This document shows, piece after piece, positions 55,619 through 64,000 of a DNA stretch of 64,000 nt. Made by a program: the position numbers and the translations under genes. Position 1 is the stretch's first letter; every line of letters begins with the position of its first letter. This DNA comes from Pirellulales bacterium (lineage in GTDB: Bacteria > Planctomycetota > Planctomycetia > Pirellulales > UBA1268): NCBI GenBank assembly GCA_044236455.1, contig JBIIGJ010000006.1:2546-66545 (forward strand), given 5' to 3'. Under the pieces are notes generated by a model. It ran no database searches and was not told the origin of the DNA. It saw nothing but the letters and a program-made list of their open reading frames with translations.

Positions 55619-55849
55619 AGGAACCTCCAGAGGAAAAAACAGGCAAAACGTTTCGCGAACACGTCTTCCAGGCATCACGTGGAGGCCACCCCCAGTCGGT
55701 GCACTTCCGCCGCAATTCATCCCGGCCGAGCCGTCAGCCGCCCACCCCTGCCAGATCGCGGAGCCGTACGTGGCATCTCACCGCGACCGACAGGGTTTGC
55801 GCGACAGGCAAACTCACAGCAGAAGATCGATCTTTCCTGGTCGAAAAAC

Positions 55850-56050
55850 TCACCCGGGGCGAGATTCGTCCGGTGGCGCGGATGGTGCCGGTGATGCCGG
55901 CGGCTGCGGGCAGGAAAGGCCCCGTCCCATCGGGCCGCCTTCGCAGCACGTTTCGAGGATCATGCCGCAGCAGCGGCAGAGCAGTTTCGCGCGGATCTCG
56001 AAGGTTTCGCCCTGGCAGACAGGGCAGCGGGGCATGGTCATGGGCACCAT
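55850..56050 (-). CDS. Putative small zinc-ribbon protein
   Basis: MPRCPVCQGETF...LLCRCCGMILETCCEG. GC3 is about 88% in the first 40 codons and lower in the Pro-rich tail. The ORF begins 22 nt after the lutC stop. Confidence 0.4.
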   Translation of the reverse strand: MVPMTMPRCPVCQGETFEIRAKLLCRCCGMILETCCEGGPMGRGLSCPQPPASPAPSAPPDESRPG

Positions 56051-56072
56051 GGTAGCAATTGCCCGCCTCGTT

Positions 56073-56888
56073 TCAGCCAGCGATGGATCCCACGAGGACG
56101 AGGATCAGTTCTTTCGGGCCGTGCGCGCCGAGCACGAGAATCCGCTCGATGTCGCCGGTGCGGCTGGGGCCGGTGATGAAGGAGAGCATGCTGGGCATGC
56201 AGCCGTCGTGCCGGGCCTTCGTGGCGTGCAGGGCGTCGGCAAGCGTGGCCACGATCTGATCAGGGGTGGCGATCACGACGTGGACGTGCGGCAGGATCGA
56301 CAGGGCCCGTCCACCCGAGGTGGCGCTGGAGACGAGAATCGAGCCGGTCTGGGCGACGAGTGCCTCGCACGACGTGATACCCGCATCACAGGATTCCAGG
56401 GCGTTCTTGTCGAAGTCCGCGGCATCGACGCGATAGGTCGCGCAGGGCACGCCGGCGAGCAGGGGCTCCACGAGTGGATGGGCGTGCCAGGCGACCCGGT
56501 GCCAGTCCCGCTCCCGTGCAAGCGTAAAGAGGTAGTCGCCGGCGGCGGTGAGGTCGGCCGCCTGATGAACGACCGCCCGCAGCTTGACGAGATTCGCAAG
56601 GAGGAGTTCGAGGCGTGCCGCCGGCGTCTGGCCGCCATCGGGCAGCCACGGCCTGGCCACCTCCTCCGGCAGCACGGTGAGCGTGGGCAGGTGGGGCGCT
56701 GGGTGTGCGGACGCGATCCCCGCCGTGGATGCGCCGCTGATCGTCACCGCTGCACCACCGGGCGGGGACCCCAGCCGCGCGAGGCTGTCTGCCGCGATGC
56801 CGTGCGGCAGCGGGGCCGGCACGCGCAGCGCCTCCCGGATCCGCGCCATGATCACCTCGCGGGCCGACAGGCCGGTTTCGCCGCTCAT
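56073..56888 (-). CDS. lutC: Lactate utilisation protein C (LUD domain, YkgG family)
   Basis: ATGA overlap with the lutB stop, and the LUD-domain C-terminus SFITGPSRTGDIERILVLGAHGP. Confidence 0.8.
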   Translation of the reverse strand: MSGETGLSAREVIMARIREALRVPAPLPHGIAADSLARLGSPPGGAAVTISGASTAGIASAHPAPHLPTLTVLPEEVARPWLPDGGQTPAARLELLLANLVKLRAVVHQAADLTAAGDYLFTLARERDWHRVAWHAHPLVEPLLAGVPCATYRVDAADFDKNALESCDAGITSCEALVAQTGSILVSSATSGGRALSILPHVHVVIATPDQIVATLADALHATKARHDGCMPSMLSFITGPSRTGDIERILVLGAHGPKELILVLVGSIAG

Positions 56889-58369
56889 GCCCGGCTCTCC
56901 CTGGGGTGAGCGTGCTTCTGCGGGCGGCGGCCAGCCCATTGACGGCGGAAGCTCTGTCGCGGGCCTGCCGGCAGATCGCGCGACGCCAGCCAGTCGCGCA
57001 ACAGCGGCGGCCGCAGTATCTTCAGCAGCGGCAGTGTGCGGCGAAACAGCATGCCCCCCAGGGCAAAGAGCCAAGGACGACGGGCCACCATCACAAACAG
57101 CCTGTGCCCCAGTCGTTCCCAGGCGTTGGGCGCCGTCCGGGCGGCGTTGCGACGGTTGTGGAGCAGGTGGTGGTGGATGTCGATGCGCACCGGACAGGCA
57201 TCGGTGCAGGCACCGCAGAGCGAACTGGCCGCGGAGAGGTGGTTCCAGTCGGCCAGACCGCGAAGGTGCGGCGTGATCACCGAGCCGATTGGCCCTTGGT
57301 AGGTCGTGCCGTAGGTGAAGCCGCCGACATTCTTGAAGATCGGGCAGACATTCAGGCAGGCACCACAGCGGATGCAGTGGAGGCTGTCCCGCTGCTCGGG
57401 ATCGGCGAGGATGGCCGTCCGCGAGTTGTCGAGAAGCACGAGGTGCATCTCCTCAGGGCCATCGGCTTCGCCGGCCCGCCGCGGTCCCGAGTAGAGGGTG
57501 TTGTAGCAGGTCATGGGCTGCCCCGCCCCGGCCGTGGCCAGCATCGGCAAGAGCACCGCGAGGTCGTCGAGGTGCTCCACCACCTTCTCCAGGCCCGAGA
57601 TGGCGATGTGCACCCGCGGCAGCGCCGCCGTCAGCCGGGCGTTGCCCTCGTTTTCCGTGATCGAGATCTGGCCGGTTTCGGCGACGAGGAAATTCGCCCC
57701 CGTGATCCCCACGTCGGCATCGACATAGAGCCGGCGCATGTGCCTCCGGGCGATCATCGTGAGTTCCTCGGGGCTGTCGGTCGGCGCCGTGCCGAGATGC
57801 TTGCCGAAGAGGTCGCTGATCTCGTCGCGACGGACGTGCATGCAGGGAAAGACGAAGTGATACGGGGGCTCGCCGCGGAGCTGCTGGATGAACTCGCCCA
57901 GGTCGCTCTCCACCACGCCGTAGCCGTCGGCCTCGAGCGCGGCGTTTAAGTGAATCTCCTCGCTGGTCATGCACTTGCTCTTGATGACCGCCTTCGCCCG
58001 GGCGTCCCGCACCAGCTGCAGCACGATCGTGCGGGCCTCGTCGGCGTTTCGCGCCCAGTGCACCCGGCCGCCGTTGGCTTCGAAGTTGTCCACGAACCGG
58101 GGCAGCAGCTCGTCGAGCCGGTTCACGGCCGACCATTTCGCCAGGCTCGCGGCATCGCGGGCATGTTCCCAGTCGCGAAACCGGGCTTTTTGGACGTCGC
58201 GGTTGGCGTAGTAGCCACCGAGGGCCTTGCGGACGAATGCCCGGTGGCCGGTGTCGCGGACATGCTCGGCCGCATCGTGGAGAAACCGCTTTTTTGCCAG
58301 CCGCGGCAGTTCCTCCACGGGCATGGCGGGGGGGCTGGCGGCCGGTGCGGGAGCGTTGTTGCCGAGCAT
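56885..58369 (-). CDS. lutB: Lactate utilisation protein B (LUD domain plus 2x[4Fe-4S], YkgF family)
   Basis: Start at MLGNNAPAP (58369). CIRCGACLNVCP and CGACTDACP clusters. The upstream 365 codons of the track ORF are antisense to the GspE-like gene. Confidence 0.85.
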   Translation of the reverse strand: MLGNNAPAPAASPPAMPVEELPRLAKKRFLHDAAEHVRDTGHRAFVRKALGGYYANRDVQKARFRDWEHARDAASLAKWSAVNRLDELLPRFVDNFEANGGRVHWARNADEARTIVLQLVRDARAKAVIKSKCMTSEEIHLNAALEADGYGVVESDLGEFIQQLRGEPPYHFVFPCMHVRRDEISDLFGKHLGTAPTDSPEELTMIARRHMRRLYVDADVGITGANFLVAETGQISITENEGNARLTAALPRVHIAISGLEKVVEHLDDLAVLLPMLATAGAGQPMTCYNTLYSGPRRAGEADGPEEMHLVLLDNSRTAILADPEQRDSLHCIRCGACLNVCPIFKNVGGFTYGTTYQGPIGSVITPHLRGLADWNHLSAASSLCGACTDACPVRIDIHHHLLHNRRNAARTAPNAWERLGHRLFVMVARRPWLFALGGMLFRRTLPLLKILRPPLLRDWLASRDLPAGPRQSFRRQWAGRRPQKHAHPRESRA

Positions 58370-58546
58370 GGCCCCATGATAGCCGATCCCCCACCCCGCC
58401 ACCCGGCCGCGGGGACGGCTGCCCCCAAGCCGTGCCCGCGTGGATTTCTTCGGCGCAGGAGAGTAATAATTGTGGAATAATGTAGTGAGGCGACGAGCGA
58501 CGCCGCAGCCGGGCGTGCGCCGGGCAGGGCGTCGATCGCAGAACGC

Positions 58547-60202
58547 GTGGAAAAGGTGACTGGAATGCTGTCGGCGGCCGCAATCGACCGCTTGGTATGG
58601 CTGGGGACGGCCTGGGTGCTGCTGGCCGCCGCCTGGACGGCCTTCTGCATCTGGGTCGATACCGACTTCCGGGAGATTCTGGGCGAAGAGTTTCCCTGGT
58701 CGTTGCCATTCGTGGCCGCGGGCGCGGGCTGGTTCTTCCTGACCTACCAGTACGGCCTGGGACTGCTGCCGCTGTTTCTGCTGGCCTTGCCGGCCGCTTT
58801 CCTTGGGTATGTCGCGTTTCGCGACAGCAAGGCTCCCTCCACCCGCAAGATGCTCACCCGGCGGTTCGCCCGCAAGATGATCTATCTGGCTGCGAAGAAG
58901 GTGGGCATGGAGAAGTTGGTCGAACAGTGGATGCCGGCGAACAGTGCGCCCGCTGTCAAAGAGGCCGACATTGCGGTCATGATCCTCAAGAAGGACGGCA
59001 CGCCCGTCGAAGGCCAGGGGGCCGAAGGGCTCGATCGCGAGGCTTCGCGGGCGGTGAAAACCGTCCAGCAGATCTTCGAGAAGGCGATCGAGATGCGGGC
59101 CACCGACGTCCACCTCGAACCTAAGGAGGGAGAGGAAGTGATCGTCCGCTGCCGGGTCGACGGCATCATGCAGAACGTGTTGACGCTGAAGGGATCGGCC
59201 GGGCGGGCGGTGGTGTCGGCGATCAAGGTGTGCGCCGACATGGATATTGCGGAACGGCGTCGGCCGCAGGACGGCACGTTTGCCCTGCTCAAGGCTGGCC
59301 GGAAGTTCGACGTCCGTGCCGCCTCCGGCCCGACGAGCTTCGGCGAAAAGATGGCGCTGCGACTGCTCGACGCCGACAGCAGCGTCATCAACGGCGGATT
59401 GACCTCGCTGGGAATGCGGGAATCGATGCTCAAGACGCTGCAGGCGATCGTCCAGCAGCCGCACGGCATGCTGATCGTCTGCGGCCCCACCGGATCAGGC
59501 AAGACGACGACGCTCTACGTCGCCCTCGGCGAGATCGACGTCCTTTCCCGCAACATCGTCACCATCGAGGATCCGATCGAATACCGGCTTGAAAACATCT
59601 CGCAGACGGCGGTGAACACGGCCGCGGAACTGACGTTCGCGAAGATCCTCAGGTCGGTGCTGCGGCAGGATCCGGACGTGATTCTCGTGGGTGAGATCCG
59701 CGACAAGGAGACGGCTGAGATCGCGATGCAGGCGGCGCTGACGGGGCACTTTGTCTTCACGACGTTGCACGCCAACGACACGGCCACGACCGTCACCCGG
59801 CTGCTCGACATCGGCATCGACACCACGCTCATCCAGTCGGCAGTGACGGCGGTGCTCGCCCAACGACTCGTGCGGGTGCTCTGCCCCAAATGCAAGGAAC
59901 CCTACCCGGCGCCGCCGGAATTCCGGCAGAAGCTGGGGGTGCCGCCTGAAAAGGAGGTCACGATCTACCGGGAAAAGGGCTGCCCAGCCTGCCACGGTAC
60001 CGGCTACAAGGGCCGCACGGGGGTGCATGAACTGCTGGTGTTCGACAACGCCATCCGCGAGCTGTTGGTAGGGCACCCGTCGATCCAGGCCATCCGCGCC
60101 GCGGCCAGAAAGGCGGGCACTCGGACGCTCCAGGAGGCGGGGATCGTGAAGGTGCTCGCCGGGATCACCAGCATCAACGAGATCGTGCGGGTGACCAAGT
60201 GA
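58547..60202 (+). CDS. GspE/PilB-family secretion ATPase with N-terminal triple-TM membrane anchor
   Basis: Three hydrophobic helices in residues 15-95. Walker A GPTGSGKTT, Asp box, tetracysteine CPKC...CPAC, and VHLEPKEGE. The start is GTG 58547 or ATG 58565. Confidence 0.8.
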   Translation: MEKVTGMLSAAAIDRLVWLGTAWVLLAAAWTAFCIWVDTDFREILGEEFPWSLPFVAAGAGWFFLTYQYGLGLLPLFLLALPAAFLGYVAFRDSKAPSTRKMLTRRFARKMIYLAAKKVGMEKLVEQWMPANSAPAVKEADIAVMILKKDGTPVEGQGAEGLDREASRAVKTVQQIFEKAIEMRATDVHLEPKEGEEVIVRCRVDGIMQNVLTLKGSAGRAVVSAIKVCADMDIAERRRPQDGTFALLKAGRKFDVRAASGPTSFGEKMALRLLDADSSVINGGLTSLGMRESMLKTLQAIVQQPHGMLIVCGPTGSGKTTTLYVALGEIDVLSRNIVTIEDPIEYRLENISQTAVNTAAELTFAKILRSVLRQDPDVILVGEIRDKETAEIAMQAALTGHFVFTTLHANDTATTVTRLLDIGIDTTLIQSAVTAVLAQRLVRVLCPKCKEPYPAPPEFRQKLGVPPEKEVTIYREKGCPACHGTGYKGRTGVHELLVFDNAIRELLVGHPSIQAIRAAARKAGTRTLQEAGIVKVLAGITSINEIVRVTK

Positions 60203-60242
60203 GCGGACGTTTTCTTCGAAGGAAGTTGCAGGCGAGGCGACC

Positions 60243-61226
60243 ATGCTGAAACTCCTGGCAACTCTGGTGGCGATGAGCATGCTGCAACGGTTCGGTGACC
60301 TGCTCGTGGGTGGAATTGTGCTCGCGCTGGTGGCATTCGGTGCGCAGAGCGGGCTGTTTCTGGCGGTGCTGGCGGGGATGCACGCGATGGTGTCGCTGGT
60401 GGTGGCACTGGCGTTCGCCGAACCGTTGGCTGCCGTGCTCGTGAGTTTCGAATTGCCGGCGTTGTATGCGTTTCCAGCGGCGTTTGGCCTGCTCCTGATC
60501 GGCACGGCCGTCGGGATCCGGCTGGCGGTGGGCGGGTATGTTCCCGCCGATGTGGTGCGGTTTGCACCGGCGATCGACAAGCTGGGCGGCGGACTGGTGG
60601 GCGCGGTAGCGGGCATGATCGTCGCCGGCACGTTCCTGATCACCTGCTCGATCGCGCCGGTTCCCGAGGCGTTCCGGATCGATGGCTCGAAGCTGGGATA
60701 CGACATGGGCACGAAGATGCTGCGAACCTTCGCCCGCTGCGTCGAACCAGACGGCGCGAAGCGGGCGGTCCTGCTCGACGGCGAGCCTGGCTCGGCCCCC
60801 CCGCCCCCCCCGCCCAACCCCGAGGCGGGGGAAGACAGCCCTCACGACAAGGATCACGGCTCCGAAAAGAATCAGAAGCATGGGAAGCAAGATAAAAAAG
60901 CCAAGCCGGAGTCGGAGAAGACGCCGGAGCCTCCTCCTCCGCCACCGCAGTGGAGCGAGCCCTTCGCCGATCTCAACGGCAACAAGACGCACGACGAGGG
61001 TGAGCCCTACCTCGACACCGACCGCAACAGCGCCTTCACGCCGCGGCTGACCTTCGACGACGCCAATGGCAACGGCAAGCGGGATGTTGGCCTGTTCGAG
61101 CGGTATCGGATGCATGCCTGGGGCCACCACGTGATCTCGGTGATGGCGATGGATGAGTTGCCGGTGGAAGAGGCTGCTCCAGCCGATGGCGGGCAGGCAG
61201 AGGCCGCCCAACCGCCAGAGCAATAG
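60243..61226 (+). CDS. CvpA-family membrane protein with Pro/Lys-rich linker and acidic DxNGN-type loops
   Basis: Four TM segments typical of CvpA. The C-terminal 150 aa contain PPPPPPNP, PPPPPPQ, DLNGNKTHDEGE and DDANGNGKRD. Confidence 0.65.
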   Translation: MLKLLATLVAMSMLQRFGDLLVGGIVLALVAFGAQSGLFLAVLAGMHAMVSLVVALAFAEPLAAVLVSFELPALYAFPAAFGLLLIGTAVGIRLAVGGYVPADVVRFAPAIDKLGGGLVGAVAGMIVAGTFLITCSIAPVPEAFRIDGSKLGYDMGTKMLRTFARCVEPDGAKRAVLLDGEPGSAPPPPPPNPEAGEDSPHDKDHGSEKNQKHGKQDKKAKPESEKTPEPPPPPPQWSEPFADLNGNKTHDEGEPYLDTDRNSAFTPRLTFDDANGNGKRDVGLFERYRMHAWGHHVISVMAMDELPVEEAAPADGGQAEAAQPPEQ

Positions 61227-61248
61227 GCCGCGGGCTATCCGTCCGTAG

Positions 61249-61976
61249 CTACCGCTGGTCGACCATGCCGGCCAGCACCTCGGCCAGATGGACGGTGCGG
61301 GCTTTTCTGCCGTTTCGCCCCAGCCAGCCATCGAGCTGCAGTTGGCAGCTCGGATCGCTCGACACGATGTAGTCACAGTCGGTGCGGGCGAGTGAGCCGC
61401 CTTTCACCTCCGCCATCGCCGTGGAGATCATCGGAAACTTCACGCTGAACAGGCCGCCGAAGCCGCAGCAGCTCTCCGGCTCGTCGCACTCGACGAGTTC
61501 CAGATCGCGGACGGCCCGCAGCAGCTGCCTGGGCTCATCCTTGATCCGCAGCTCCCGGAGCCCATGGCAGCCGTCGTGGTAGGTAACGCGGTGCGGAAAG
61601 TGGGCACCGACATCCGTGACCCCCAGCTTCTTGACGAGAAACTCGCCGAATTCAAACGTCCGCGCCGCCAGATCGAGGGCGGCTGTTTCGTGGGGCGTGC
61701 CGGCGAGCAACTCCGGATAGAAGACCCGCATCATCGCCACGCAGGAGCCGCTCGGGCCCACCACCGCCTCGGCATCGGCAAAGACCTCCAGCGCGTGGAT
61801 GGCCACGGCGCGGGCCTCGTCCCAGTAGCCTGAGTTGAAGCTCGGCTGGCCACAGCAGGTCTGGGCGGAGCGGAACTCGACCGTGTGGCCGAGTCGCTCG
61901 AGCACACGGGCCACCGCCAGCCCCACCTGCGGGGTCATCTGATCGACGAAGCAGGGGATGAAGAGGCTGACGTTCA

Positions 61977-61977
<1 letters not shown>
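61249..61977 (-). CDS. lutA: Lactate utilisation protein A ((Fe-S)-binding CCG-domain oxidoreductase, YkgE family)
   Basis: FIPCFVDQ, TCCGQP, GCHGLREL and ESCCGFGG motifs. The ATG shares one nucleotide with the sucD stop (TAATG). Confidence 0.85.
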
Positions 61978-62855
<878 letters not shown>

Positions 62856-62914
62856 GGGAGGCTTTCAAACAAAAGCGGAAAGTGGAAGTGTGGAAAAGCA
62901 GTGTTGGGTTGGCG

Positions 62915-64000
62915 TTAGGCGGCGTTGGCGGCAGCGACCACCTTCTTGGCCGCGTCGGTCAGACCGTCGGCGGTGATGATCGCCGTGCCGCTGGCGGCCA
63001 GGATCTTCTTCCCCTCTTCCACCTCGGTGCCCTCGAGCCGCACGACCAAGGGCACGGTGAAGCCGACGGTTTTCGAAGCCTCGACGACCGCGTTGGCGAT
63101 CGTCGTGCACCGCATGATCCCGCCGAAAATGTTGACGAGGATCGCCTTCACATGCGGATCGGAGAGGATGATCCGGAAGGCCTCGGTCACCTGTTTGACG
63201 TCGGCGCCACCGCCCACGTCGAGGAAGTTGGCCGGCTCGCCGCCGTGGTATTTCACGAGATCCATCGTGCTCATGGCGAGGCCGGCGCCGTTGACCAGGC
63301 AGCCGATCGTGCCGTTGAGCTTCACATAGGAGAGGCCGGCGGCAGCGGCCCGCGTCTCGGCAGGCTCTTCCTCCGCCTCGTCGCGAAGCGCGGTCACGTC
63401 TTTGTGGCGAAAGAGCGCGTTGTCGTCGAACGTCATCTTGGCATCGAGGGCGACGAGCGTGCCATCTTTTGTGAGCACCAGCGGATTGATTTCGAGGAGC
63501 GAGGCGTCGAGCGACACGAACGCCGCGCAGAGCTTGCGGAAAAACGCCTCGGCGTGCCGCCAGCTGGCCGTCGGCAGACCGAGCTTCGCGGCCAAGAGTC
63601 GGGCCTGGTAGCTCGCGAGGCCGCGATCGGGGTCGAATGGCTCGTTCAAGATCAGTTCGGGAGTGTTGTGGGCGACCTCTTCGATGTCCATGCCGCCGGC
63701 GGTGCTGGCGATGAGTACGGGCGAGCCGACGCGGCGGTCGACGAGCACCGCACAGTAGAGTTCGCGGTCGATCGCGCAGCCGCTCTCCACAAACACCTGC
63801 CGCACGACCTGCCCCTCGGGGCCGGTCTGGATCGTGACGAGGGTGTTGCCGAGCAGGCCCTTGGCGATCCGCGCCGCGTCGTCGGCACTCTTGGCCAGTT
63901 CCACGCCGCGCTGGGTGGAACCCTGCACCTGTCCCTTGCCGCGACCGCCGGCGTGGATCTGGGCCTTCACGGCACACACGGGCGTGCCGAGCGCGGTGAA
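62915..64000 (-). CDS. sucC: Succinyl-CoA synthetase beta subunit (N-terminus outside the window)
   Basis: The frame is open to the window edge. [13 protein letters not shown] and NIFGGIMRC motifs. Confidence 0.9.
   Translation of the reverse strand, partial: FTALGTPVCAVKAQIHAGGRGKGQVQGSTQRGVELAKSADDAARIAKGLLGNTLVTIQTGPEGQVVRQVFVESGCAIDRELYCAVLVDRRVGSPVLIASTAGGMDIEEVAHNTPELILNEPFDPDRGLASYQARLLAAKLGLPTASWRHAEAFFRKLCAAFVSLDASLLEINPLVLTKDGTLVALDAKMTFDDNALFRHKDVTALRDEAEEEPAETRAAAAGLSYVKLNGTIGCLVNGAGLAMSTMDLVKYHGGEPANFLDVGGGADVKQVTEAFRIILSDPHVKAILVNIFGGIMRCTTIANAVVEASKTVGFTVPLVVRLEGTEVEEGKKILAASGTAIITADGLTDAAKKVVAAANAA

Noticed and set aside
55332-56909. 525-aa plus-strand ORF spanning the YTV 5' end, the intergenic region and lutC
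   Set aside because: It crosses an intergenic region and is antisense to lutC. It has no motif and low-complexity composition.
58370-59464. N-terminal 365 codons of the 859-aa minus-strand ORF containing lutB
   Set aside because: This region is antisense to the GspE-like ATPase. LutB homology begins at MLGNNAPAP (58369).

Overview
This is a 64 kb window of very GC-rich (about 68-70%) bacterial chromosome, densely coding on both strands. I support about 45 protein-coding genes. I saw no rRNA, tRNA, CRISPR array, transposase or integrase, though tRNAs and small RNAs cannot be excluded by eye.

The gene content points to Planctomycetota, by inference only: a DUF1549/DUF1553 + DUF1501 pair, a YTV-repeat protein, a MoxR/DUF58/BatA-VWA cluster, tandem C-terminal-aromatic beta-barrel paralogs, and giant AsmA-like and coiled-coil proteins.

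Main blocks:
- (i) A minus-strand chemosensory operon cheA-cheW-mcp-cheB-cheR (4790-12043). Its CheB carries an extra N-terminal CheY-like domain in which the phospho-acceptor Asp is Asn.
- (ii) A divergently transcribed 13.8 kb, seven-gene, translationally coupled operon (12221-26041). It encodes a secreted alpha/alpha-toroid (prenyltransferase-repeat) protein, two VWA membrane proteins, another membrane protein, a 1,260-aa internally duplicated coiled-coil protein, a MoxR AAA+ ATPase and DUF58.
- (iii) Housekeeping genes: pdxH, birA, ino1-like, an aminotransferase, mobA, bioF, sucCD and lutABC.
- (iv) A DUF1553/DUF1501 cassette bracketed by about 49-nt direct repeats that copy the promoter and first codons of the adjacent EVE-domain gene.
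- (v) lutA, translationally coupled to sucD, separated from lutBC by two opposite-strand genes: a membrane-anchored GspE-like ATPase and a CvpA-like protein.

Small-scale signals:
- a 20-codon Lys-rich micro-ORF with its own Shine-Dalgarno site and a canonical terminator
- a perfect 19-bp inverted repeat pair
- several intergenic tandem repeats
- two clear intrinsic terminators

All family assignments come from motif recognition in the supplied translations. No database search was run. Many long antisense ORFs in the track are GC-driven artefacts.
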